In this document: piece after piece, positions 1-9,885 of the stretch
Numbering within the stretch: the first letter of the stretch is position 1
Layout: each line of letters opens with the position of its first letter
Assembly: GCA_040389905.1 (NCBI GenBank)
Contig: JAZJZK010000002.1
Span: forward strand, 87,411-146,808
Direction of reading: 5' to 3'
DNA length: 59,398 nt
Source of the DNA: Gemmatimonadota bacterium
GTDB lineage: Bacteria; Gemmatimonadota; Gemmatimonadetes; Gemmatimonadales; Gemmatimonadaceae
Made by a program: the position numbers and the translations under genes
The notes under the pieces: model-generated
Database searches by the model: none
What the model saw: the letters and a program-made list of their open reading frames with translations, nothing else
What the model was told of the DNA's origin: nothing

Positions 1-22
1 CGCTTCGCTCAGGGCGACAAAA
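1..22. repeat. repeat family A arm (truncated at window edge)
   Basis: CGCTTCGCTCAGGGCGACAAAA matches the arms at 33185-33219 and 34371-34404. Confidence 0.75.
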
Positions 23-52
23 CAAGCATAAGGCATTTTCATGATCCCCGGG

Positions 53-553
53 CTACGGATACCGCACCGCGATCTTCGTCTTGCGCAGCGCGAGCGTATC
101 GGCGCGAAGCGAGTCGGCGCCGGCGGGCGCATGGTTCGCCTGGAGGACGTACGCGACCACATCGAGGTATTCCTGCTCCTTCAGGCCGCCCGGATTGTCG
201 AGCGGCATTGTGCCACGGACGAGCGCATAGAAGTCGTAGACGCGGCGGTCTTTCCACGACTCGACGAACGCCTGTCCGACGAACTTGCTCGTTTCGTGGC
301 AGGACGCGCAGGTCGCGTTGTACACGGCCTGGCCTCGCGCAGCCTGCGACGGAAGAAACGACGCCGGCGGGAGCTCGGCAGCGCTCGAGAGGATCACCTT
401 CGCATTGGGGTCCGCGCGAAGGGGCGTCGTCGCGCCAGTCTTCGCGGCTGGAGACAGGCGAGCGCCGATCGGCTCGCGGACATTCGTCATCGTCCCCGCG
501 CAGGCGGCGACGATCATGGCTGCTGCGAATACACTCCAACCGGACGTGCGCAT
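53..553 (-). CDS. c-type cytochrome, probable lipoprotein
   Basis: Single CxxCH motif (CASCH), downstream Met ligand candidate (GTMP), lipobox-like VAAC. ATG at 553 preferred over TTG at 556. Confidence 0.85.
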   Translation of the reverse strand: MRTSGWSVFAAAMIVAACAGTMTNVREPIGARLSPAAKTGATTPLRADPNAKVILSSAAELPPASFLPSQAARGQAVYNATCASCHETSKFVGQAFVESWKDRRVYDFYALVRGTMPLDNPGGLKEQEYLDVVAYVLQANHAPAGADSLRADTLALRKTKIAVRYP

Positions 554-682
554 CAAGAGCCTCCAAAGACCTGTTCACGAACGCCTCAATAATACAGCCC
601 GGTTGCACTTTGGCGACCATGGTTTGATTTCGTCTTCGCCACGCTGCAACTTTGCGCGGCTTCTCCACCAGACGCTCCCACC

Positions 683-2293
683 ATGACGAACGACTCGACA
701 CCCGATTCCAACGCGCTTCCCCGCCGCGACTTCCTGAAAAAAGCCGGTGCAGGTGCCGGCCTCCTTGTCGTCGGTGGTACGAGCGTCACCGGCAGTCCCG
801 TCGTTCCCGGCCTGCACGCTGTCACGACCGTCCGTTCCGCGAGTTCCTCTCCCGACATCGTCGTCATCGGTGCCGGCGTGTGGGGCAGCTTCACCGCGCT
901 CAACCTTCAGAAGATGGGGGCCAAGGTCACCCTTGTCGACGCCTATGGACCGGGCAACGCACGCTCGACCTCCGGTGACGAGACCCGCGGCGTACGCTCC
1001 TCGTACGGCGACAAGACAGGTGCGCTCGGCGAACTCTGGACCCTGTGGGCGCGCGAATCCATCAAGCGATGGATCGCCTTCGACGACGAGTGGGGACGCG
1101 AGTTTCGGCTGAACCTGTTCCACACGACCGGCGACCTGATCATGCGCACGGAGTGGGACAACTTTCAGCTCCGGACCAAAGTGTGGTGGGACAAGAACAA
1201 AATTCCCTATCAGATTCTCAGTCCCGACGACGTTCGGAAGTCGTTCCCAGTCCTCGCCATCGACGACATCACTGCCATTCTCTATGAGCCGGATGCCGGC
1301 GTCGTGCGGGCGCGCCGAGCGACGCAGATGGCGGCCGCAGTGTTCGAGAAACTGGGTGGGAAGATCGTGATCGGCCGAGCGACGCCCGCGAAGATCGCGA
1401 ATGGCCGACTGGAAGAAATCTCACTCGACACCGGCCACACGCTGCGCGCGGACAAGTTCGTCTTCGCGGTTGGTCCGTGGATGGCGAAGACGTTCCCCGA
1501 ACTACTCGCGAAGAAGACGCGGGCACCGATCGGATATGTCTGCTATTTCGCGACCCCCGTAAACGATCATCGCTTCACCTTTCCGAACCTGCCGAGCTAC
1601 AACTTTCCCGGCGTGACGGGTTGGCCGGCGCTGCCAATCGACAACCGCGGCTTTCGCGTGCGAGGGACCGAGCGGGCGCCCACGCCACCTGGTGAGGTGG
1701 CGGCAGCGGGTAGAGCAGGTGGTCCCGGCGCTCCTGAAACGGTACCCGGCACGTTTCCACCCACCGTTCCACGCGCGATTGCACCCGGCGCCAGTGGCGC
1801 CGCAGCGCCCGGGACGGCCGGCCGAGGAGGAGGGCGTGGTGGCGGCGCGGCGGGAACCGGGGCAGCGACGCAGCCTGAGACGCCACCCGCACAACTCGAT
1901 CCAGACACCAGTGACCGCTGGGCAGATGCCGCGCGCATCGAAGGTTCGCGGCGTTTCGTCACACATCGCTTTCCGTTGCTCAAGGACGCGCCCATCTCGC
2001 AGACGCATTCGTGTCACTACGAGTCGACGTCGAGCGGCAACTTCATCATCGATGTGCATCCACAGATGGCGAATGCCTGGATCGTGGCCGGCGGCAACGC
2101 GGAGGGCTTCAAGTTCAGTCCCGTCGTTGGAGAGTACGCCGCACAGCGGGTGATGGGCATCGAAGGTGACCCGGAGGTAGCGAAGGGTTTCCGGATTCCC
2201 GAGAAGGAATACGAACCGCCACCAGCGCCAGCGGCCCCGGGAACGGCAGCAGACAGTACGCGTCGCGCACCGGTGCGATCGCCAGAACTCTAA
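683..2293 (+). CDS. Tat-exported FAD-dependent oxidoreductase (DAO/sarcosine oxidase family)
   Basis: PRRDFLKK twin-arginine signal, VVIGAGVWG dinucleotide motif, C-terminal GFKFSPVVGE typical of monomeric sarcosine oxidase-like proteins. Long Pro/Gly/Ala insertion. Confidence 0.85.
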   Translation: MTNDSTPDSNALPRRDFLKKAGAGAGLLVVGGTSVTGSPVVPGLHAVTTVRSASSSPDIVVIGAGVWGSFTALNLQKMGAKVTLVDAYGPGNARSTSGDETRGVRSSYGDKTGALGELWTLWARESIKRWIAFDDEWGREFRLNLFHTTGDLIMRTEWDNFQLRTKVWWDKNKIPYQILSPDDVRKSFPVLAIDDITAILYEPDAGVVRARRATQMAAAVFEKLGGKIVIGRATPAKIANGRLEEISLDTGHTLRADKFVFAVGPWMAKTFPELLAKKTRAPIGYVCYFATPVNDHRFTFPNLPSYNFPGVTGWPALPIDNRGFRVRGTERAPTPPGEVAAAGRAGGPGAPETVPGTFPPTVPRAIAPGASGAAAPGTAGRGGGRGGGAAGTGAATQPETPPAQLDPDTSDRWADAARIEGSRRFVTHRFPLLKDAPISQTHSCHYESTSSGNFIIDVHPQMANAWIVAGGNAEGFKFSPVVGEYAAQRVMGIEGDPEVAKGFRIPEKEYEPPPAPAAPGTAADSTRRAPVRSPEL

Positions 2294-2298
2294 ACAAG

Positions 2299-3063
2299 GT
2301 GAACGTGGGCAATCTCGGAATCGATATCCTCTCGGAACTGGTGGGCACGGCCATCCTGTGCCTGCTCGGCTGCGGCGTCGTTGCGAACGTCGCGCTCGCG
2401 AAGACGAAGGGAAACAACGGCGGCTTCCTGATGGTCAATTTTGCGTGGGGTCTCGCGGTGTATGCCGGCGTGATCGTCGCATACAATTCGGGTGCACACC
2501 TGAATCCTGCGGTGACGCTCGGACTCGTCGCGAGTGGCGCAACGGAATTCGGTCTGGGTGTTGCGGTGAGCATGACGTCGGTGCTCGCGTACATCGTCGC
2601 GCAACTCGCCGGCGGCTTCCTCGGCGCGGTGCTCGCGTGGCTGGCGTACAAGCAGCATTTCGATGCCGAGCCCGAGGCCGCCAACAAGCTCGGCGTGTTT
2701 TCGACCGGTCCGGCCATACGCAGTCTGGGTTGGAATCTCGTCACTGAAGCGATCGGTACGTTCGTGCTGGTTTTCGTCGTCATCGGATTCGGACGTCATC
2801 CCGCCGGCGGTGGGCTTGCGGCGCTCGGCGCGCTTCCGGTGGCATTGCTGGTCATCGGCATCGGCGCGTCGCTCGGTGGACCGACCGGCTACGCGATCAA
2901 CCCGGCGCGCGATCTCGGTCCGCGCATGGCGCATGCAGTCCTTCCCATTCTCGGGAAGGGGACGAGTGACTGGTCGTACTCGTGGGTGCCGATCGTCGGT
3001 CCGATCATCGGCGGCATCCTCGGCGGTTGGGCGTCGACTATGCTATTGCCGGTGCTGCGATGA
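2299..3063 (+). CDS. glpF: MIP family glycerol uptake facilitator
   Basis: [10 protein letters not shown] and [11 protein letters not shown] boxes (NPARD is the aquaglyceroporin type). Directly upstream of glpK. Confidence 0.93.
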   Translation: MNVGNLGIDILSELVGTAILCLLGCGVVANVALAKTKGNNGGFLMVNFAWGLAVYAGVIVAYNSGAHLNPAVTLGLVASGATEFGLGVAVSMTSVLAYIVAQLAGGFLGAVLAWLAYKQHFDAEPEAANKLGVFSTGPAIRSLGWNLVTEAIGTFVLVFVVIGFGRHPAGGGLAALGALPVALLVIGIGASLGGPTGYAINPARDLGPRMAHAVLPILGKGTSDWSYSWVPIVGPIIGGILGGWASTMLLPVLR

Positions 3064-4580
3064 CAGACAAGCACGTCATCGCGATCGACCAGGGGACGAC
3101 CAGCACTCGTGCGATCATCTTCAATCACGCCGGCGGCATCGTCAGCGTCGGCCAGAAGGAGCACGAGCAGATCTTCCCGAAGGCTGGATGGGTCGAGCAC
3201 AATCCAAAGGAAGTCTGGGACAACGTTCGCGAAGTGATTGGACAGGCGCTCGCGAAAGCGGACATCACGCGTCATGAGATCGCAGCGATCGGGATCACCA
3301 ACCAGCGCGAGACCACCGTGGTGTGGGATAGACATACCGGTGTGCCTGTCTATAACGCGATCGTCTGGCAGGATACGCGTACCCAACCCATCGTCGATCG
3401 CCTTGCCGCTGATGGCGGCGTCGATCGCTACAAGGACAAGGTGGGGCTTCCGCTGTCCACGTATTTCTCGGGCACGAAGATCGTGTGGATTCTCGAGAAC
3501 GTCGAGGGCGCACGTGCGCGCGCCGAGGCGGGCGACCTGCTCTTTGGCACCATGGATACGTGGGTCTTGTGGAATCTCACCGGCGGCATCGACGGCGGCG
3601 TCCACGCCACCGACGTGACCAACGCAAGCCGCACGCTCTTTCTCGATCTCGCGACGCTCGAGTGGGATGACGCAATTCTCGCGGCGTTCAATGTGCCGCG
3701 CTCGATGCTGCCGGCGGTACGCTCATCGTCAGAGGTCTACGGGAAAGCGGAAGCATCGAGCCTGCTCAGTGGCGTGCCGATCTCGGGCATCCTCGGCGAC
3801 CAGCAGGCGGCGACGTTCGGGCAGGCGGCGTTTGGCCCCGGCGAAGCGAAGAACACCTACGGCACCGGCAATTTCCTGATCTTCAATACCGGGACCGAGA
3901 TCGTGAAGAGCAAGAATGGATTGCTCACGACGATTGGGTACAAGTTGGGCGATGGCGCGACCCACTACGCGCTCGAAGGTTCGATCGCCGTCACCGGCTC
4001 ACTCGTGCAATGGTTGCGCGACAATCTTGGTCTCATTGGTTCAGCGGCCGAGATCGAAGCGCTGGCGAATACGGTAACGGACAACGGCGGCGCGTACTTC
4101 GTCCCGGCGTTCTCGGGGTTGTTTGCGCCGCATTGGCGTTCCGATGCGCGCGGCGCACTTGTCGGCATGACGCGGTACGTCAACAAGGGACACATCGCAC
4201 GTGCGGCGCTCGAGGCCATTGCGTATCAGACGCGGGAAGTGCTCGACGCCGTGAATGCGGATTCTGGCGTCCCGCTGACGGAGCTCAAGGTCGATGGCGG
4301 AGCGACCGTGAACGATACGCTACTCCAGTTCCAGGCGGATATTCTCGATGTACCCGTCGTCCGGCCGGTCGTTGCCGAGACGACCGCGCTCGGTGCGGCG
4401 TATGCGGCGGGTCTGGCCGTCGGGTATTGGGCGAATCTCGACGACCTGCGCAGCAACTGGCAGGAGGACAAGCGATGGACGCCCGCGCTCGACGGCGCGA
4501 AGCGCGACAAGCTCTTTCGCAACTGGAAGAAGGCGGTTGCGAGAACGCTGGACTGGGTGGACGAGGATGTGGACGCATAG
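3060..4580 (+). CDS. glpK: glycerol kinase
   Basis: [45 protein letters not shown] motifs. ATG at 3060 overlaps the glpF stop (ATGA). Confidence 0.97.
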   Translation: MTDKHVIAIDQGTTSTRAIIFNHAGGIVSVGQKEHEQIFPKAGWVEHNPKEVWDNVREVIGQALAKADITRHEIAAIGITNQRETTVVWDRHTGVPVYNAIVWQDTRTQPIVDRLAADGGVDRYKDKVGLPLSTYFSGTKIVWILENVEGARARAEAGDLLFGTMDTWVLWNLTGGIDGGVHATDVTNASRTLFLDLATLEWDDAILAAFNVPRSMLPAVRSSSEVYGKAEASSLLSGVPISGILGDQQAATFGQAAFGPGEAKNTYGTGNFLIFNTGTEIVKSKNGLLTTIGYKLGDGATHYALEGSIAVTGSLVQWLRDNLGLIGSAAEIEALANTVTDNGGAYFVPAFSGLFAPHWRSDARGALVGMTRYVNKGHIARAALEAIAYQTREVLDAVNADSGVPLTELKVDGGATVNDTLLQFQADILDVPVVRPVVAETTALGAAYAAGLAVGYWANLDDLRSNWQEDKRWTPALDGAKRDKLFRNWKKAVARTLDWVDEDVDA

Positions 4581-4587
4581 GTCGCGG

Positions 4588-6192
4588 ATGCGACTCGCCA
4601 CGGCGGTCGTTGTCGCGGTCGCCACCATCGTGTTGGCGAGTGCTCCGCTCACGGCACAGCGATCCGCGCCGACGGAACCGGTTCCGGGCTTCGATGCATA
4701 CGTCGAGCGCGTGTTGAAGACGTTCGACGTTCCCGGCGTTTCCGTCGCAATCGTCAAAGATGGTCGCGTCGTGTTGGCCAAGGGGTATGGCGTTCGTACA
4801 CTCGGGAAGCCTGACCGTGTCGATTCCAACACGCGCTTCGGCATCGCGTCGAACACGAAAGTGTTCACCGCATCGGCGCTGGCCATGCTGGTCGAGGCAG
4901 GGAAGGTGGAGTGGGATGCGCCGGTGATCCGTTATCTGCCGGACTTCGCGATGTATGATCCCTTCGTGACGCGCGAGCTCACCGTCCGCGACCTGCTCGT
5001 GCACCGCAGTGGACTTGGACTCGGTGCGGGCGATCTGCTCTGGTGGCCCGCGTCCACGTACGATCGCGCGGAGATCGCGCGGCGGTTGCGCTTCATCAAG
5101 CCGGCCACGTCGTTTCGCAGCGCGTACGCGTACGACAATGTGTTGTATCTCGTCGCCGGCCAACTCATCGAAAAGGTATCGGGCCAGAGTTGGGAAGACT
5201 TCGTGCGCACGCGGATCCTCGAGCCCGTAGGGATGACGGGGAGCACTGTGCGGCATTCGGACGCCATGGCCGGCGGGAACGTGGCATCGACGCACGCGGA
5301 GGTCGATGGCGTCGTGAAGGTCATCGCTCCGATGGTGAGCGACAATACGAATCCGGCTGGCGGGATCAATTCGTCCGCCGCCGACATGGCGAAGTGGATG
5401 ATCGTGCAGATGGATTCTGGGCGCATCGCTCCGGCGGCGAACGGCGCTCCCGAACGTCGGCTGTTCTCGCCCGCGAGTACGCGTCAGATCTGGTCGATCG
5501 TCACACCGATTCCTGTTGGTAGTCGCGTGACGCCGGGCCTCGAGCACCTCCGGCCCAATCTCTCGGGCTATGCGTTGGGGCTCGGCGTTTCCGACTATCG
5601 TGGCAAGCTTCGCCTGCAACATTCGGGTGGCCTGCCCGGCTACTTGTCGCTTGTGACGATGATTCCCTCGGCGCGGCTTGGCGTGGCGGTGCTCACGAAT
5701 CAGGAATCGGGAGACGCCTTCAACGCCATAACGCTGCGCGCCATCGATGCGTATCTCGACGCGGCGGAGATCGATTACACATCCCGCTTCGCAGTCCTGC
5801 GCGACAGTGCGCGGGCGCGTGACGCGCGACAGGCGAAGCAGGTTCGGTCATCGCGTGATTCGATGTCGGGCCCATCACTGGCGCTCGCCAAGTATGCCGG
5901 CCGCTACGAAGATGCCTGGTACGGCGACGTCACGCTTTCGATGGAAGCGGGCAAACTGGTGATGCGCTTTGGGCACACGCCTCAGCTCGTGGGCGACCTG
6001 TCGCACTGGCAGCACGATTCGTTTCTCGTGCGTTGGCGAGATCGTGAGTTGCGCGCCGATGCGTACGCGACCTTCGCGCTCAACCCGGATGGTTCGATCG
6101 ACCAGCTGAAGATGGCGCCGGCGTCGCCTGACGTGGATTTCTCGTTTGACTTTCAGGATCTGCTGCTCACGCCGAGTACGCGAAGGCCGTAG
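4588..6192 (+). CDS. secreted serine hydrolase (class C beta-lactamase-like) with DUF3471-like C-terminus
   Basis: IASNTK (SxxK), YAYDN (YxN), HSGG and LLVHRSG motifs, plus a signal peptide. Alternative start at 4567. Confidence 0.88.
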   Translation: MRLATAVVVAVATIVLASAPLTAQRSAPTEPVPGFDAYVERVLKTFDVPGVSVAIVKDGRVVLAKGYGVRTLGKPDRVDSNTRFGIASNTKVFTASALAMLVEAGKVEWDAPVIRYLPDFAMYDPFVTRELTVRDLLVHRSGLGLGAGDLLWWPASTYDRAEIARRLRFIKPATSFRSAYAYDNVLYLVAGQLIEKVSGQSWEDFVRTRILEPVGMTGSTVRHSDAMAGGNVASTHAEVDGVVKVIAPMVSDNTNPAGGINSSAADMAKWMIVQMDSGRIAPAANGAPERRLFSPASTRQIWSIVTPIPVGSRVTPGLEHLRPNLSGYALGLGVSDYRGKLRLQHSGGLPGYLSLVTMIPSARLGVAVLTNQESGDAFNAITLRAIDAYLDAAEIDYTSRFAVLRDSARARDARQAKQVRSSRDSMSGPSLALAKYAGRYEDAWYGDVTLSMEAGKLVMRFGHTPQLVGDLSHWQHDSFLVRWRDRELRADAYATFALNPDGSIDQLKMAPASPDVDFSFDFQDLLLTPSTRRP

Positions 6193-6221
6193 CCTCTTTG
6201 GCTGTGTAAGAACAAAGATTG

Positions 6222-6360
6222 AACGCAGAGGTCGCGGAGGACTGCGGGAAACTGCAACAGCAATGAACCACAGAGGACACAGAGGAACACAGAGAACTGC
6301 ATGTCTCTGTGTCCTCTATGTCCTCTGTGTCCTCTGTGGTAAATGTCTTGCTTTTGCTTG
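6222..6360. repeat. repeat family B (9-nt periodic CACAGAGGA palindrome)
   Basis: Perfect 20-bp inverted repeat 6267-6286/6321-6340 between convergent genes. Confidence 0.88.
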
Positions 6361-6365
6361 TTTGA

Positions 6366-9300
6366 TCAGGGTAGAGGTCCACCCTGAACCAATTTCATCA
6401 GCGCGGAAATCGCCGCCTCGAGTTGCTGATCCTTCCCCTTGCTGACCACTTCATAGCGATTCATCACCGTGATGTCTGGCTCGGTCTGGAGGTTCTCGAG
6501 GTACTTCCCCGTCACGGCGTCCTTCACACCCATGCCGGGTACGCCCCATCGAATGCCGTCTTGCAGCGACTCCCAGCCCGCGAACGTGCAGGTTCCGGGC
6601 GTCGGCATGCCCACCAGCGGCCCGAGTTTCTGCGCCTTGTAGGTGTACGCGAAGCAGTGTCCGTCACTGTAATTCGCCTCGTTGGCCATCGCGACCGTGG
6701 GCTTCGTCCAGCGGAAGTTCGGCTCGTAGCCAGTGCTGCGTGTGTCGGTCGTGTAGTCGAAGAAGCGCTTGCCGCTGAGGAACATCGCGAGATCCGCCAC
6801 CAGGTCGCCACCGCCATTGAAACGCGTGTCGACCACCACGCCATCGCGCGTGGCATACTTGCCCATGATGTCCTCGAAGGTCGTGCGATACGCCCCGTCG
6901 TTCATTCCGGGAATGTGGACGTAACCAAGTTTGCCGTTGCTCGCTTTGGTTACCTCGTCCGCATTGCGCTTGACCCATCGCGCATAGAGCAGGCGATTCT
7001 CCTCAGCCAGCGGGACAGGCTTTACGACGATCTCGCTCGTTGAGCCGCCATCCGTCATCGTCAACAAGACGTTCTTGCCAGCCTTCCGGTTGAGCAACTC
7101 GGCAATGTCCTTGCTCGCGGCGATTGCCACACCGTCAATTGATTCGATCACGGTTCCGGCCTTGATATTGACGTCGTGCCGGTCGAGCGGGCCATCCTTG
7201 ATTACTTCGACGACCTTGGCGCCAACACCCGTATAGGTCTGATCGAAGAACAGGCCGAGCGACGCGGTTGCGTCGTCGTTTGCGTTGGTCGTCGTGAACG
7301 TTGCGCCGCTGTGGCTGATGTTCAGCTCACCCAGCATCTCCGCCATCATCTCGGCGAATTCGAAGTTGTTGCCGATGTAGGGCAGGTACTTCGCATAGAT
7401 CGGCCGGAGCCCAACCCAGTCCACGCCATGATAGCCCTTCGAATAAAAGGTGTCGCGCGTACGGCGCCAGATGTGGTCGAACATCGCGGCGCGTTCCGCG
7501 TCTACGTCGAGCGCTTCCTCTCCAGCCACCGCGACGACATCGCGCTTCGGCGTCGCCGGCGCGGGGTCGATGCGTGAGATCCCACCATCCGCCAGCAAGA
7601 AGATGTATTTCTGTTCCTTGTCCCACGCCATGTTGCCGCCATTGGCATTGAGCGAGAGGATCATCTTGGTCTCCTTCGTGCGGAGACTCGTGGACCAGAG
7701 ATTCATTCCTTTCTCGAATCGCGCGAGGTAATACAGGGTCTCGCCGTCTCTGCTCACGAGCGCATCGCCCAGCGCTGAGGAGTGGATCGTCAACCGCGCT
7801 CGTCGTGCGTCGATGTTGTCGAGATCGAGTACGAGGTCCTTCTTCTCCGCCCGAACGCTATCGGCCTTCGCCTTGGCGGAATCGGCCTTCGTCTTCGCAA
7901 TCTTCTCATCGGCTTCCTTGACGAGGGCGAACTCGTCCTTCGTCAATCGGAAACGCTCCCACGTGTCTCGGTCGAAGAACATCGCGTAGGCATCCTGCTG
8001 CGTCTGGCCTCCCTGAGCCACGGACTTGAGGCCATCACGATTGGAGAACCACAGCATCGCCTTGCCGCCGAGGATCCACTTGCCTCGGCTGTCGTTGAAT
8101 CCACTCTGTGTGAGGTTGAGGATGTCACCCTGGCCATCAGCGCGCACGAGTCCAATTTCTCCCGGTGCGATGCCCGGCACGTCCATGTCGAATAGGATCC
8201 ACTTGCCATCCGGGCTCCATTCGAACTGGTGATCGCTACCGAACAACTGCTTCTCGGTGAGAATGGTGCGCGTCTGCTTCGACGCGAGATCGAGAATCTT
8301 CAGCGTGTTGCGGTCTTCGAGGTAGGCGAGCTGTTTACCGTCCGGCGAGAAGCTCGGATGGATATTCTGGTGCTCGTTGGACACGAGCGGCGATTCCTTC
8401 ACGACCGTGGAGGCGAAAAAGTACGGCTCCGCCTCGCGCTGGCGGCGCGCCTCGTAAATCGCCCACTTGCCGTCTCGCTCCGATGCGTAGACAATCGACT
8501 TGCCGTCAGGCGAAAACTTCACGCCGGTCTCGGCGTCAGGTGTCGTCGTGATGCGCTTGGTACCCGCGCCTTCGACACTGTTGACGAAGATGTCTCCGCG
8601 ATAGGTGAATGCGACTTCCTTGCCGGTTGGCGAAACAACAAGGCTTTGCGCGCCGGAATTGACGGCCATGATGCGTTCGTTGTTCGCCTTGCTGTCGGCG
8701 GCGACGGCGATGTCGAGCCTCGCAGGTCGTCCGCCGGATGCCATCGTGTAGATCTGTCCGTCGAATCCGAAGGCGAGCGTGCCGTTGTCCGCCATGCTGA
8801 GGAATCGCACGGGGACGCCCTTGAACGACGTCAACTGCTGCGACTTGCCGCCGTCTATGCCGAGCTTGTGCACGTTGAAGGTGCCGCTCTCCTCGCTGAG
8901 ATAGTACAGCGTCTTGTCATTGTCGGCGAAGATGGGGTTGCGATCCTCTCCGGCGAACGTCGTCACTTGGCGATGGGTGCCTGACTTGGTGTCATAGATC
9001 CAGATGTCACGTGCGATTGCAGACACGTGATGTTTGCGCCACTGATTCTCACCACCCTTGCGGTCCTCGTACGCGATGTACTGTCCGCTGCGACTGAATC
9101 GCGCGTTCTCCGCGGGCGTCGTCAAGACCTGAAGGGGACGCCCACCCGCCGCGGCGACCTGATAGAGCTCAGGCTGCGATCCCGTTGGGAATTGGCGGTT
9201 GGCGGCGGCATCCTGGCGGGCAGCGCCGAAGAGAATGTTCTTGTCGTCGGCAGAGAAGCTGTACGGAAACTCGCTTGCTGAGTGATAGGTCAGCCGCCTG

Positions 9301-9614
9301 GCCTCTCCTCCGTCGGCGCTGATCACGTAGACATCGTAGTTGCCGTAGCGATCGGACGCGAAGGCGATCTGCTTGCCGTCGTGACTCCACACGGGCATGA
9401 AATCATTCGCCGTGTGCGTCGTGAGTGGTGCCGCGGTGCCGCCGCTGCTCGCAACCTTGTAGAGATCACCCTTGAAGGTGAAGGCGATCGTCTTGCCGTC
9501 GGGCGAGATGGCGGGATAGCGCATCCAACTCGCACCCGTCGCGGATGTCGATGGAGATTGTGCAGCGGCGATCGTCGCGGAAGCGAGGAGAGCAATTGAA
9601 AGTGTGATCTTCAT
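6366..9614 (-). CDS. tricorn-like S41 protease (PD40 propellers, PDZ, S41 domain)
   Basis: Repeated SPDGK/PD40 units, PDZ region, DTRFNGGG, NYSDG catalytic Ser context. Signal peptide from MKITLS at 9614. Confidence 0.92.
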   Translation of the reverse strand: MKITLSIALLASATIAAAQSPSTSATGASWMRYPAISPDGKTIAFTFKGDLYKVASSGGTAAPLTTHTANDFMPVWSHDGKQIAFASDRYGNYDVYVISADGGEARRLTYHSASEFPYSFSADDKNILFGAARQDAAANRQFPTGSQPELYQVAAAGGRPLQVLTTPAENARFSRSGQYIAYEDRKGGENQWRKHHVSAIARDIWIYDTKSGTHRQVTTFAGEDRNPIFADNDKTLYYLSEESGTFNVHKLGIDGGKSQQLTSFKGVPVRFLSMADNGTLAFGFDGQIYTMASGGRPARLDIAVAADSKANNERIMAVNSGAQSLVVSPTGKEVAFTYRGDIFVNSVEGAGTKRITTTPDAETGVKFSPDGKSIVYASERDGKWAIYEARRQREAEPYFFASTVVKESPLVSNEHQNIHPSFSPDGKQLAYLEDRNTLKILDLASKQTRTILTEKQLFGSDHQFEWSPDGKWILFDMDVPGIAPGEIGLVRADGQGDILNLTQSGFNDSRGKWILGGKAMLWFSNRDGLKSVAQGGQTQQDAYAMFFDRDTWERFRLTKDEFALVKEADEKIAKTKADSAKAKADSVRAEKKDLVLDLDNIDARRARLTIHSSALGDALVSRDGETLYYLARFEKGMNLWSTSLRTKETKMILSLNANGGNMAWDKEQKYIFLLADGGISRIDPAPATPKRDVVAVAGEEALDVDAERAAMFDHIWRRTRDTFYSKGYHGVDWVGLRPIYAKYLPYIGNNFEFAEMMAEMLGELNISHSGATFTTTNANDDATASLGLFFDQTYTGVGAKVVEVIKDGPLDRHDVNIKAGTVIESIDGVAIAASKDIAELLNRKAGKNVLLTMTDGGSTSEIVVKPVPLAEENRLLYARWVKRNADEVTKASNGKLGYVHIPGMNDGAYRTTFEDIMGKYATRDGVVVDTRFNGGGDLVADLAMFLSGKRFFDYTTDTRSTGYEPNFRWTKPTVAMANEANYSDGHCFAYTYKAQKLGPLVGMPTPGTCTFAGWESLQDGIRWGVPGMGVKDAVTGKYLENLQTEPDITVMNRYEVVSKGKDQQLEAAISALMKLVQGGPLP

Positions 9615-9690
9615 CTGCGATTTATGCGGAGTGCGGTTGAACTGCGGAACGTGACAGCGTTGTTCGTGTTCATTTGCGGATTGGAACAGC

Positions 9691-9814
9691 GATTCATACG
9701 GATCTACACGGATTGCTCTCGATGCGGCAACAGACATTCGTTCGCCCAATGCTCGGCAACTACGGATGCAATCGAACTGGCGCGAAGGTGCAATCCGTGC
9801 AAATCCGTAGAATC
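9691..9814. repeat. repeat family C (ACGGAT/ATCCGT periodic inverted repeat)
   Basis: GATTCATACGGATCTACACGGATTGC (9691-9716) versus GCAATCCGTGCAAATCCGTAGAATC (9790-9814). Confidence 0.75.
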
Positions 9815-9885
9815 CGTCAAATTGTCGTTCCCCCTACGAGCAACGCTGTTCATGAACGCAGTCTCCATCGCACTCGATCAAGCAG

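Noticed and set aside
683..2293. GlpD assignment because of its position before glpFK
   Set aside because: It has a Tat signal and sarcosine-oxidase-like motifs, and lacks the GlpD SSKLIHGGLRYL signature.
6222..6360. CRISPR array (also considered at 18830-19162, 22046-22150 and 58126-58225)
   Set aside because: Units are 7-10 nt tandem or inverted repeats without unique spacers of constant length, and there are no cas genes.
6167..6382. Small ORF with TEDTEDIEDTE (and similar ORFs at 47024-47401)
   Set aside because: Reading of the family B repeat with no independent coding evidence.
9717..9789. Nuclease gene remnant inside the family C inverted repeat
   Set aside because: The frames I checked gave no convincing motif, and the stretch is too short to call without a search.
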